A stretch of 62,152 nucleotides of DNA, filler included. It is 4 parts of 4 records of this genome, joined end to end, with 100 filler letters (N's around TTAATTAATTAA, not from the genome) between each part and the next. Parts side by side here need not be neighbours in the genome. Positions count along the whole stretch, not along the records: positions 1 to 27,238 come from SRR31156797_19615; positions 27,339 to 40,031 come from SRR31156797_19623; 2 more parts are not named here. One strand, written 5' to 3'. The notes beneath the pieces were generated by a model that searched no databases, was not told the DNA's origin, and saw nothing but the letters and a program-made list of their open reading frames with translations. This document shows positions 18,659-27,464 of the stretch, piece after piece. Numbering within the stretch: the stretch's first letter is position 1; each line of letters begins with the position of its first letter. The position numbers and the translations under genes were made by a program.

Positions 18659-20242
18659 TCACCTCTCCTTACTCGGAAAATAGAGTGTAAACGAAGTTTC
18701 CAATGCATCACTATCCATTTCAATATGACCATTGGCGGATTCCACCATTGATTGCGTTAAGTACAAGCCAATGCCATGTTCTAACGACTCTTCCTTGGTG
18801 GTGTAACCGAGAGCAGCTAACTCTTCTAAAGAGCGAGCAACTTCAGGGCCATTGTTCGTCACGGATAAGCCAAATTCCGTTGGTGATTGCCACATATCAA
18901 GCGCAACCCTTGGAGAATCGACATTCTCAACCGCATCCATGCTGTTATCCAATAGATTGCCGACAATGGCGCACAACTGCTCTTGATTGAGCCCATTAGG
19001 TAGCCCCTGCCAATGTTCACTCCTTGGCAACAGCAGCTCAATTTGACGTTCTTTTGCAGTTAGCAACTTCGCAAGGAGCAAAGCTGATAGCTGAGGAAAT
19101 TGATGGTAGGGCTTAAGTTGATCTAACACTTGCTGATCGGTACGAGATTGATTTAGCACCACTTGAAGTGCTTGATCGCACTGCCCTAACTGTAGCAGTC
19201 CGGCTAAGATTGATAGCTTATTTTGATACTCATGTCTGGTCACTCGCAAGCTTTCAATATACTGCCCTACTTGACTTAGGGTATCAGATAAAGCCTGAAG
19301 TTCTACCGAAGATCTTAAGCTGAACACCGCCGCTTTGGGCTCGTTTATGCCAGTTGGAATAGTGACACGAGTAATCACACAGTTTTGGCCGTTTACACGG
19401 ACTAATTGATCTAAGAAATCCTCCCCCTCTAAGCAGAACTGTTCCGAGCAGTCGACCCAATTCGCTATGTTGGTCGAGAAGTTCCCGTTAACTACTCCCA
19501 AAAGCTTCTTAGCAGACTCATTCGCCACATACACCTGCTGGTTTTCATTCACCGCTAGAAGCCCTTCATGTGTGGCTTGCAAAACCCCTTGCTGAGTAAC
19601 TAACGCCTGTTTAAGCTGCCACGGCTCCATATCCTGCATATTTTTCTTCACATAAGTAGAAAAGCGTATCGCAAGGCTTATTGAAACTATGATGATGAAA
19701 ATACCAAACACGCCCAGCCCCATTAGGCGTTTGCTGTTCCACATTTCTACCGTATCTAACAGGTAGCCGACTTTCACCATGCCGATGATGTTGCCATCGG
19801 CATCAAAAATCGCGGAAATATAACGAACGGATGGGCCTAATGAGCCAGAGGCGTAAGAAAGGTAAGACTTACCGTCTTGCAGAGCGGCTTCAATATCTCC
19901 CCCCATCACAGGTAAGCCAACGCGGTCGTGAACGGGGTGAGCTAAACGAATTCCCTGACTATCGCTGACCGTAATGAAATCCGCGTCGCTGACTTGAGCA
20001 AAACGGTTAATTAACGAGGTTACTTGCGGTGCATTGTTGCTGTTTATTGCTGCGACCAAACCTGGCGTTTTTGCCAGTTGCTGTGACTGAACTTGTGCTC
20101 GCAGTGCTATCTGGCGAGTCAATACGTCTTGCAATTGATAAGCGCTATAAATCCATAGCCCTGCTGCTACCGACAACAAAGCACCACTGAGCAGCCAAAA
20201 CAGATGCTTGGTAAAGGTATCGGAAATAAACCGTACTGTCAT
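18659..20242 (-). CDS. CitA/DcuS-family sensor histidine kinase
   Basis: TM-sCache (RLAHP, GSLGPSVR)-TM-PAS-like region, H-box LRVTRHEYQNKL, GNLLDN, HGIGL; ATG 20242 after GGAG. Confidence 0.9.
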   Translation of the reverse strand: MTVRFISDTFTKHLFWLLSGALLSVAAGLWIYSAYQLQDVLTRQIALRAQVQSQQLAKTPGLVAAINSNNAPQVTSLINRFAQVSDADFITVSDSQGIRLAHPVHDRVGLPVMGGDIEAALQDGKSYLSYASGSLGPSVRYISAIFDADGNIIGMVKVGYLLDTVEMWNSKRLMGLGVFGIFIIIVSISLAIRFSTYVKKNMQDMEPWQLKQALVTQQGVLQATHEGLLAVNENQQVYVANESAKKLLGVVNGNFSTNIANWVDCSEQFCLEGEDFLDQLVRVNGQNCVITRVTIPTGINEPKAAVFSLRSSVELQALSDTLSQVGQYIESLRVTRHEYQNKLSILAGLLQLGQCDQALQVVLNQSRTDQQVLDQLKPYHQFPQLSALLLAKLLTAKERQIELLLPRSEHWQGLPNGLNQEQLCAIVGNLLDNSMDAVENVDSPRVALDMWQSPTEFGLSVTNNGPEVARSLEELAALGYTTKEESLEHGIGLYLTQSMVESANGHIEMDSDALETSFTLYFPSKER

Positions 20243-20508
20243 ATTGTCACTCCACCGCAAAACAACGTTGAGAATAAATCGCTTTGCTTAAAAGACATGA
20301 TTGCCACCTCGAAGATGGGATCTGAATCTCACGCCTGAATTTAATGATTTTTATGATTTTTACCCGTTTAATTTCAATTCAGTTACACATAAAAAACGAG
20401 TTGCTATTCAACCTGAGAGTTAAACAAAAAACGTCTGCTTAGAAATTGATTTGACACAGTAAATCTCGCGCTAAAAGCGATATGTTCAAACAAAACTAGG
20501 AGGTGTTT

Positions 20509-21915
20509 ATGGTTTCTTCATCTAACTCTCGGTTACTCATTTTAGTATTGTTTGGCGCCATTTTATGGTTCTGTCCGATACCAGAAGGTTTAACCGAAAA
20601 CGCATGGCAAATGATGGTTATTTTCGTGGTAACCGTTTTGAGCTTAATTCTCGCACCATTACCTTTAGGGGCAATGGCGCTAATGGGACTATCTGCAAGT
20701 ACGGTTTTAGGTGTCCTACCGATCAAAACCGCGCTAACTGGCTTTGCCCATCCAACGATTTGGATGATTGCAGCCGCATTCTTTATTTCACGAGGCTTTA
20801 TCAGCACTGGCTTTGGTCGCCGTGTAGGTTATTGGTTCATCGCTAAACTGGGGCATAATTCACTAGGTTTGGCTTATGGCCTGGTACTGACCGATTTACT
20901 TTTTGCTCCAGCAACACCAAGTACGACAGCACGTTGTGGTGGTATCATCTCGCCTCTATTCCGTTCAGTCGCCAGTGCCTATGACTCTGATCCTGAAAAA
21001 GGAACAGAAAACAAAATCGGTGCTTTCCTGGTTCAATGTATTTTCCAATGTAACGCGATTACTTGTGCGATGTTCTTAACATCGATGGCGGGTAACCCAC
21101 TTGCAGCAAACTTTGCGAAAGAGCAGGGTGTTGAAATTACATGGGGTGGCTGGGCATTAGCCGCGATTGTACCAGGTGCAATCTGTCTATTCCTGATTCC
21201 TCTTGTGATGTACTACGTATTCCCACCAGAGTTGAAAAAGACACCTGAAATGCGTGCCATTGCGAAGAAAAACCTCGCAGACATGGGTGCGATGAGCCGA
21301 GCAGAATGGATGGTAGGTATTACCTTCGTTGGTATGGTAACACTTTGGGTTCTTGGTCCAACATTGGGTCTACACTCAACGGTAACAGCTCTGTTAGGTC
21401 TGGTTTTCTTGCTAATCACTCGCACCATCACATGGGATGCCGTACTTGGCGAAAAAGAAGCATGGCACACCATCACTTGGTTTGCTGTGTTGGTCATGAT
21501 GGCGGCACAACTTAACAAACTTGGCTTTATTCAATGGTTTGGTGATTGGGTAAGTACTTCGCTTTCTGGGTTTGGTTGGGTGACCACCATCGCAATTCTG
21601 CTGCTTGTGTACTACTACAGCCACTACTTAATGGCGAGTGCAATGGCACACATCAGTGCGATGTATTCCGCTTTCCTTGCGATCGCTATTTCTGCGGGTG
21701 CGCCACCGATGTTGGCTGCAATCGTACTGGGTATCTTTAGTAACCTATACATGGCAACCACTCACTACTCTTCTGGACCCGCGCCAATTCTGTTCGGCGC
21801 AGGTTACCACTCACTTAAGAACTGGTGGAAGATTGGCTTTGTGTTCTCGCTGATCGTTATTCCTATCTTCTTCTTCATCGGCGGTGCTTGGTGGAAGATG
21901 CTGGGTATGTGGTAA
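20509..21915 (+). CDS. DASS-family anion permease (CitT/TtdT-like)
   Basis: TGFGRR, PATPSTTARCGG, AMFLTSMAGN, HYLMASAMAH, THYSSGPAP; AGGAGG RBS. Confidence 0.9.
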   Translation: MVSSSNSRLLILVLFGAILWFCPIPEGLTENAWQMMVIFVVTVLSLILAPLPLGAMALMGLSASTVLGVLPIKTALTGFAHPTIWMIAAAFFISRGFISTGFGRRVGYWFIAKLGHNSLGLAYGLVLTDLLFAPATPSTTARCGGIISPLFRSVASAYDSDPEKGTENKIGAFLVQCIFQCNAITCAMFLTSMAGNPLAANFAKEQGVEITWGGWALAAIVPGAICLFLIPLVMYYVFPPELKKTPEMRAIAKKNLADMGAMSRAEWMVGITFVGMVTLWVLGPTLGLHSTVTALLGLVFLLITRTITWDAVLGEKEAWHTITWFAVLVMMAAQLNKLGFIQWFGDWVSTSLSGFGWVTTIAILLLVYYYSHYLMASAMAHISAMYSAFLAIAISAGAPPMLAAIVLGIFSNLYMATTHYSSGPAPILFGAGYHSLKNWWKIGFVFSLIVIPIFFFIGGAWWKMLGMW

Positions 21916-21934
21916 AAACTTAACCCGATAATGA

Positions 21935-21969
21935 AAAATGGCTGCTCGCTCTCGGCAAGCAGCCATTTT
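21935..21969 (+). terminator. Intrinsic terminator
   Basis: AAAATGGCTGCT/AGCAGCCATTTT. Confidence 0.75.
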
Positions 21970-22125
21970 ATTGACCACTCATTAGAGAGTGAGTATTTTT
22001 TGCCCGCCTTCACACTCCCGCTATTAAATAAGTTTGTCTGCAACCAGAACCTACCCACCTCACACTCTGAGCGATAAATCCTGCCTAGAATGAGCTACAA
22101 CATTTCAAATTAGGAAGGATTTATA

Positions 22126-23589
22126 ATGAAAAGAAAGCGTTGCTCCGCCTCTTGGCTTTTTATCATCCTATGTTGCACTCTTTTTTCTTGGCCCAGTTTT
22201 GCATCTAACGGATCTCATACCCACTTTAACCTTACCCAATCAGGTTATGGATATGCCGCCATCGTCATCTTCTTCATCGCTTATGTATTGGTTATGCTCG
22301 AAGAGTATTTAAAACTAAGAAAATCAAAACCTGTGTTACTGGCTGCGGGACTTATTTGGGCAATGATTGGTTACGTATACCAGCAGCAAGGCGCAACAGA
22401 AATTGCCCGAGAAGCACTTGAATACAACTTACTGGAATACGCAGAACTATTGCTGTTTCTGTTGGTCGCGATGACTTATATCAGTGCGATGGAAGAGCGC
22501 AGATTGTTTGATGCCCTACAAGCTTGGATGGTCAGTAAGGGATTTAACTATCGTTCATTATTTTGGATCACCGGTATTCTCGCTTTCTTTATTTCTCCGA
22601 TTGCCGATAACTTAACCACCGCATTGCTGATGTGTGCTGTGGTGATGAAAGTTGGCGGTAAACATACCCATTTTATCAACATTGCATGTATCAATATTGT
22701 GGTTGCCGCCAACGCCGGGGGGGCATTTAGTCCTTTTGGTGATATTACCACCCTAATGGTATGGCAAGCTGGTCATGTCAGTTTCTCCCAATTTCTCACT
22801 TTATTTATCCCTTCTGTGGCGAACTACCTTGTACCTGCACTCATCATGTCATTTTTCATTCCTAAGCAGAAACCGGACATCGTACATCAACATGTTGAGC
22901 TTAAGCGGGGCGCGCGCCGCATTGTGCTGCTGTTTATTCTCACCATTGTTACCGCTGTTGCATTCCACGCTGTGTTCCATTTCCCACCCGTTATGGGCAT
23001 GATGATGGGGTTAGCTTACCTGCAATTTTTTGGTTATTTTCTTCGCAAAACATTGGCAGGCTCGCTGGCGAAAAAAACCGCGCTGGCCATTGCCAACAAC
23101 GATGAAGCCGCTTTAAAAAGAATAGGTTCCGTGGTGCCATTTGACGTGTTCCGCCGTGTCTCTCATGCCGAATGGGACACTTTGCTGTTCTTCTATGGCA
23201 TCGTGATGTGTGTCGGTGGGTTAAGTTTGCTCGGCTATTTAACCCTTATTTCAGAAGTGATCTATACCCAGTGGAATCCAGTATGGGCCAATGTGCTGGT
23301 TGGGGTTCTCTCTTCAATTATCGATAATATCCCCGTGATGTTTGCGGTGCTCACTATGGAACCCTACATGTCATTGGGTAACTGGCTATTAGTGACCCTA
23401 ACCGCGGGTGTCGGCGGTAGTTTACTGTCTGTGGGTTCTGCTGCTGGTGTGGCACTTATGGGGGCATCTCACGGTAAATACACCTTCTTTGGTCACCTTA
23501 AATGGTCACCGATAATCCTACTCGGTTATATAAGCAGCATTGCGTTGCACCTGATGCTAAATGGCAAGTTATTCGACCAGTTTCTTTAG
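22126..23589 (+). CDS. nhaD: Na+/H+ antiporter NhaD
   Basis: LRKSKP, FLLVAMTY, SPIADNLTTAL, ANAGGAFSPFGDITT, DNIP, AGVGGSLLS. Confidence 0.9.
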   Translation: MKRKRCSASWLFIILCCTLFSWPSFASNGSHTHFNLTQSGYGYAAIVIFFIAYVLVMLEEYLKLRKSKPVLLAAGLIWAMIGYVYQQQGATEIAREALEYNLLEYAELLLFLLVAMTYISAMEERRLFDALQAWMVSKGFNYRSLFWITGILAFFISPIADNLTTALLMCAVVMKVGGKHTHFINIACINIVVAANAGGAFSPFGDITTLMVWQAGHVSFSQFLTLFIPSVANYLVPALIMSFFIPKQKPDIVHQHVELKRGARRIVLLFILTIVTAVAFHAVFHFPPVMGMMMGLAYLQFFGYFLRKTLAGSLAKKTALAIANNDEAALKRIGSVVPFDVFRRVSHAEWDTLLFFYGIVMCVGGLSLLGYLTLISEVIYTQWNPVWANVLVGVLSSIIDNIPVMFAVLTMEPYMSLGNWLLVTLTAGVGGSLLSVGSAAGVALMGASHGKYTFFGHLKWSPIILLGYISSIALHLMLNGKLFDQFL

Positions 23590-23610
23590 CGCAATTAGCT
23601 GATGATGATC

Positions 23611-23639
23611 AAGAGCTGCTTATTTGAGCAGCTCTTTTT
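23611..23639. terminator. Terminator between convergent nhaD and ogt
   Basis: AAGAGCTGCT/AGCAGCTCTT plus T-run. Confidence 0.75.
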
Positions 23640-23643
23640 ATAC

Positions 23644-24117
23644 CTACAATGCTTGTTCCAGTTCAAGTAGCCTTTGCTTAGTTTCAACACCACCAGCGTA
23701 GCCGGTTAACTTACCATTTTTACCAATTACGCGGTGGCAAGGAACAATGACTGAGATAGGGTTTTTGCCATTGGCCAGCCCCACCGCCCTGACCGCTTTA
23801 GGGTTGCCAATTTCGTCCGCTAACTGTTGGTAGCTCCATGTTTCGCCGAACGGAATTCGACACAATGTCTGCCACACAGATTGCTGGAAAGCCGTACCTT
23901 TGGCGGCTAATGGCAATTCAAACTGTGTTCGCTTGCCTGAGAAGTACTCTTCAAGCTGACGGACTGCTTCGCTCAATATTGGGTGATTGTCGCTGTAAAT
24001 GCCTAACTGTTGCGGTTGTGTGGTCTGAATTTCAAACCACGCTCCCAGTAACCCGTGCTCATTGGCTTGTAACGTCATTTGCCCATAAGGACTTTGATAA
24101 TAAGTAAATTGATTCAT
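23644..24117 (-). CDS. ogt: Methylated-DNA--protein-cysteine methyltransferase
   Basis: GTAFQ..VW, RAVG.AN..NP, active site PCHRV, TGYAGG; ATG 24117 just after the alkA stop. Confidence 0.92.
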   Translation of the reverse strand: MNQFTYYQSPYGQMTLQANEHGLLGAWFEIQTTQPQQLGIYSDNHPILSEAVRQLEEYFSGKRTQFELPLAAKGTAFQQSVWQTLCRIPFGETWSYQQLADEIGNPKAVRAVGLANGKNPISVIVPCHRVIGKNGKLTGYAGGVETKQRLLELEQAL

Positions 24118-24118
24118 A

Positions 24119-25510
24119 TTACTGATTCCAACAATGAAAAGTGGCATAACTGCCCCAAGGCGCAACATCTTGCGCACTAAGGTTCGGATAGTTTGCCAAC
24201 GCTTTCTTAACCACTAAATCGGTTTCGAGAAAACAATTGCTATCAGACAGGCCACGCAGGCGAGCATAGTTTACCGTCCAGGGGCCAATCCCTTTCAATG
24301 CTAACCACTGTTCTACATCCGATTGCGGATTATGCACCATAAACTGCGCAAATCGATGAAGAGTATCTTTGCGGCTTTGTGGCATGCGTAAAAAAGAAAG
24401 ATCGCTATCAAACACCATTTTTGCCGTCGGGAAATAGTCAATCTTTCCCTGATTGATGGTCGATACCAGCAGGTTAAGCTGACCTATCGCGGCTTTAATC
24501 GAAACCTGTTGGCCTAAAATGGCTCGCACTCCGGCTTCCCAAGTATTCCAAACGCCCGGAATACGAATACCTGAAGAGACAACCAACCCAGCAGCAGCCT
24601 TAGTTAAATGTTGTTCCACCTGCGCGATATCGACATTCAAATCAAACAGTCTGCGCAACTGGACAACCAGTTGCCTTAAATCGCTCATCGATTCCAATTT
24701 AAACTCGATATCAAGATGCGAGTCTGAATTCATGGTTGCTTTAAACCAACCTCGTCCACCATTGAGAAGGACATCGCGTGAGTAGCTATGCTCATCGACA
24801 ACTTCGAGCCCCTCAATCGCTCTAAGGCGATAGAAAGCTAACATGTGCTGCCAGTCAAACGGTCCTCGAAACGCCAGCGACAGGTGATTATTGGCCGCGA
24901 CGGAGACCTGCTGCTTGCGCACTTGTGATGGGGCAAGTTTAAGAATCTTCTGAAATGCATCATTGAAGCGTCGGGTACTATTAAAACCACAGGCGTAACC
25001 GATATCGGTAATAGACATTGTGCTGTTGTGTAGTAATTGCTTGGCGAACATCAACTGATGATATTGCGCATATTGCTTAGGTGACATACCTAAATGATCC
25101 TGAAATAACTGACGCAAATAACGATCGCTAATACCTAAGCGTTCAGACAGCTCGGTAAGTCGATTTCCTTGTAATTCACCTTCATCAATCATTTTTAACG
25201 CTCTGAGGAAAGTGGTTTCCACGCCCTTCCACGCCCACGAGCTTGGAGCACTATCTGGGCGACAGCGTAGACAAGGGCGATATCCAGCCTGCAACGCTTG
25301 GGCTTGGTTAACGAAATATTCTACGTTTTCTTCTTTAGGCAAGTTGGCCGGACAAATAGGACGACAAAATATTCCTGTGGTTTTAACCGCAACATAAAAC
25401 TGGCCGTCAAAACGAGCGTCTCTGCTTAATCGCGCCTTTTGACACAGCTCAACCGAGAGTAAACCGTTGTTATCGAGTGTCACTGTGTCACCTTCCTGTT
25501 GATCGCTCAT
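24119..25510 (-). CDS. alkA: Ada metal-binding/AraC domain fused to AlkA DNA-3-methyladenine glycosylase
   Basis: RDARFDG, TTGIFCRPIC, GYRPCLRCRP, AraC HTH, AILGQQVS, HhH LKGIGPWT. Confidence 0.9.
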   Translation of the reverse strand: MSDQQEGDTVTLDNNGLLSVELCQKARLSRDARFDGQFYVAVKTTGIFCRPICPANLPKEENVEYFVNQAQALQAGYRPCLRCRPDSAPSSWAWKGVETTFLRALKMIDEGELQGNRLTELSERLGISDRYLRQLFQDHLGMSPKQYAQYHQLMFAKQLLHNSTMSITDIGYACGFNSTRRFNDAFQKILKLAPSQVRKQQVSVAANNHLSLAFRGPFDWQHMLAFYRLRAIEGLEVVDEHSYSRDVLLNGGRGWFKATMNSDSHLDIEFKLESMSDLRQLVVQLRRLFDLNVDIAQVEQHLTKAAAGLVVSSGIRIPGVWNTWEAGVRAILGQQVSIKAAIGQLNLLVSTINQGKIDYFPTAKMVFDSDLSFLRMPQSRKDTLHRFAQFMVHNPQSDVEQWLALKGIGPWTVNYARLRGLSDSNCFLETDLVVKKALANYPNLSAQDVAPWGSYATFHCWNQ

Positions 25511-25748
25511 CGAGCACTATAAACATAGTGTACGTAGGATAGCCAGCAACACTAGCCATTTTCGGAACTCAATCCTAACAACACCACTTCCACTTAGAAT
25601 TTGCCTTGCCAATGTTGTTCAAATTTTTCAAACATGAATATCAACCTTACCCGATTATATGTTGTAACTCGCTCCTCTAAACTTCCTACAACAAATAACG
25701 AATCACCTAAAAACTTATTCCAAAGTTTTGAACATCGAGGAACTGAAT

Positions 25749-26189
25749 ATGTCTGTACTTAAAAAACTTCTTGCTTCATCGGCAGGTTACGCTCCACTGG
25801 CTTTGCGTCTTCCTATCAGCATCATCTTTATGGCGCACGGCTCTCAAAAACTGTTTGGTTGGTTTGGCGGCTACGGTCTCCAAGGAACAGGTCAGTGGAT
25901 GGCATCTATCGGTATGGAACCGGGCGTATTGATGGCTTTCTTAGCAGGTAGTGGTGAATTTTTCGGTGGATTGCTACTGCTGATTGGTTTACTGACTCGT
26001 CCAGCAGCAATCGTAACAGCATTCACTATGGTGGTCGCGATTCTTAGCGTGCATATTGGTAACGGCTTGTTCCTATCAAACAATGGCTACGAATTTGGTT
26101 TGGCGCTACTGGCAGCAACGGTTTCACTTGCAATTTCAGGCGCAGGCAAGCTAAGTGTTGATGATATTTTAAGCAAATCATTTAAGTAA
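25749..26189 (+). CDS. DoxX-family membrane protein
   Basis: LR....IFMAHGSQKLFGWFGG, EFFGG, GYEF, GAGKLSVD. Confidence 0.9.
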   Translation: MSVLKKLLASSAGYAPLALRLPISIIFMAHGSQKLFGWFGGYGLQGTGQWMASIGMEPGVLMAFLAGSGEFFGGLLLLIGLLTRPAAIVTAFTMVVAILSVHIGNGLFLSNNGYEFGLALLAATVSLAISGAGKLSVDDILSKSFK

Positions 26190-26206
26190 AATACACGAAA
26201 GATGGT

Positions 26207-26232
26207 AAAGGCGAGCACAAGCTCGCCTTTTT
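26207..26232. terminator. Bidirectional terminator
   Basis: AAAGGCGAGC-acaa-GCTCGCCTTTTT. Confidence 0.75.
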
Positions 26233-26252
26233 GTTTATTCATTTCTCCAAGA

Positions 26253-27140
26253 TTAAAGGCTGGCTTCACCTGCACGCTGCAGGCTGTATGCCGTTAACGG
26301 GTCAATGTTCTTAACCAACTCTTCAACCTGCGCTATCGCTTCTATCGTCGAACTGTTTTTACGATAGCTTAGATACACAGGACGATGCCACTCATCCACA
26401 TCCGGGATCAAAAATAGCTCTTTAGAAGCGATAAACGGCTCTACTACCGATGCTGGCAAATAAGCACTACCGCCTTTTTCTAAGATAAAATCGAGAGCGA
26501 TACGCGCTGTTGAGGTACGCAGAAATGGCGCAGGGGCTTTCGGGTGTCGATCAGCGTGCTCTGCGGCAAACCTCGATCCCCAGTCAACGTAGACGTAGCG
26601 GTTATGAAATACCGTATCTAACGAGTCTTGCTGAGTCGATACCAGCACCAAGACTAAGTCAGCCACTTTCTTGCAGTTCAGCTCTTCCGCTTTAATAGGA
26701 TCGAACGCAAAAGCCATATCTAACGTGCGTTCTAACAGCTGACGACTCAACTGCTCTCTGCCCATCACTTCAGCCATAAAGGCATAACCGCCAAAGGAAT
26801 CGGTAACCACGCTTAAACAGTTCTGCAAATAGGCATCCCAGATATTCGGAGTACCGCCGAGCGTAAGCTGCAAAGCTTGGCCATTTTCTAAAGACAATTC
26901 AAACTTAGCTTGCTGCAGTGTCGTCACCATCACTTCGGCATAGCTGACCAATCTTTCTCCCGCAGATGTCAATTTAATATTGTTGCGATCTCGGGTAAAA
27001 AGCTGAGTATCAAAATAGCTTTCTAATTGCTTAATACGTGCACTGACTGCCGCTTGAGTCAAATACAGATTTTCAGCAGCACGCCCAAAGTGCCGCACTT
27101 GAGCAACCTCAAGAAAAGTACGAAAGACTTTTACGTCCAT
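26253..27140 (-). CDS. hdfR: LysR-family regulator, HdfR-like
   Basis: FLEVAQVRHFGRAAENLYLTQAAVSARIKQLE, LFTRDRNNI, YVYVDWG. Confidence 0.75.
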   Translation of the reverse strand: MDVKVFRTFLEVAQVRHFGRAAENLYLTQAAVSARIKQLESYFDTQLFTRDRNNIKLTSAGERLVSYAEVMVTTLQQAKFELSLENGQALQLTLGGTPNIWDAYLQNCLSVVTDSFGGYAFMAEVMGREQLSRQLLERTLDMAFAFDPIKAEELNCKKVADLVLVLVSTQQDSLDTVFHNRYVYVDWGSRFAAEHADRHPKAPAPFLRTSTARIALDFILEKGGSAYLPASVVEPFIASKELFLIPDVDEWHRPVYLSYRKNSSTIEAIAQVEELVKNIDPLTAYSLQRAGEASL

Positions 27141-27238
27141 AAAGAATCCTCTGAATTTATACCGCTCAATAACGTTGAAAGGGAATAACCATTCCTACCG
27201 TTATTAAACTTGACCTGAACTCGTTGATGAAGCTCTGA

Positions 27239-27338
27239 NNNNNNNNNNNNNNNNNNNNNNNNNNNNNNNNNNNNNNNNNNNNTTAATTAATTAANNNNNN
27301 NNNNNNNNNNNNNNNNNNNNNNNNNNNNNNNNNNNNNN
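27239..27338. other. Artificial contig spacer
   Basis: 44 N + TTAATTAATTAA (stops in all six frames) + 44 N. Confidence 0.98.
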
Positions 27339-27464
27339 AAGAACCATTTATGGACAGACACTAACTAGTTCTCACAACCGGCAAGACCTATGTTGACAAC
27401 ATAACAGGATAAAGAGCGCATAAGTAAAAATCATAAAAGGGAGTAATAATACGAAAGTAAGGAT

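Noticed and set aside
27283..27294. TTAATTAATTAA motif occurring three times
   Set aside because: Synthetic six-frame-stop linker inside N runs, not biological.
27339..27370. Possible IS terminus at the contig start (ATTTATGGACAGACACTAACTAG)
   Set aside because: Only a vague recalled resemblance; no transposase or partner repeat in the window.
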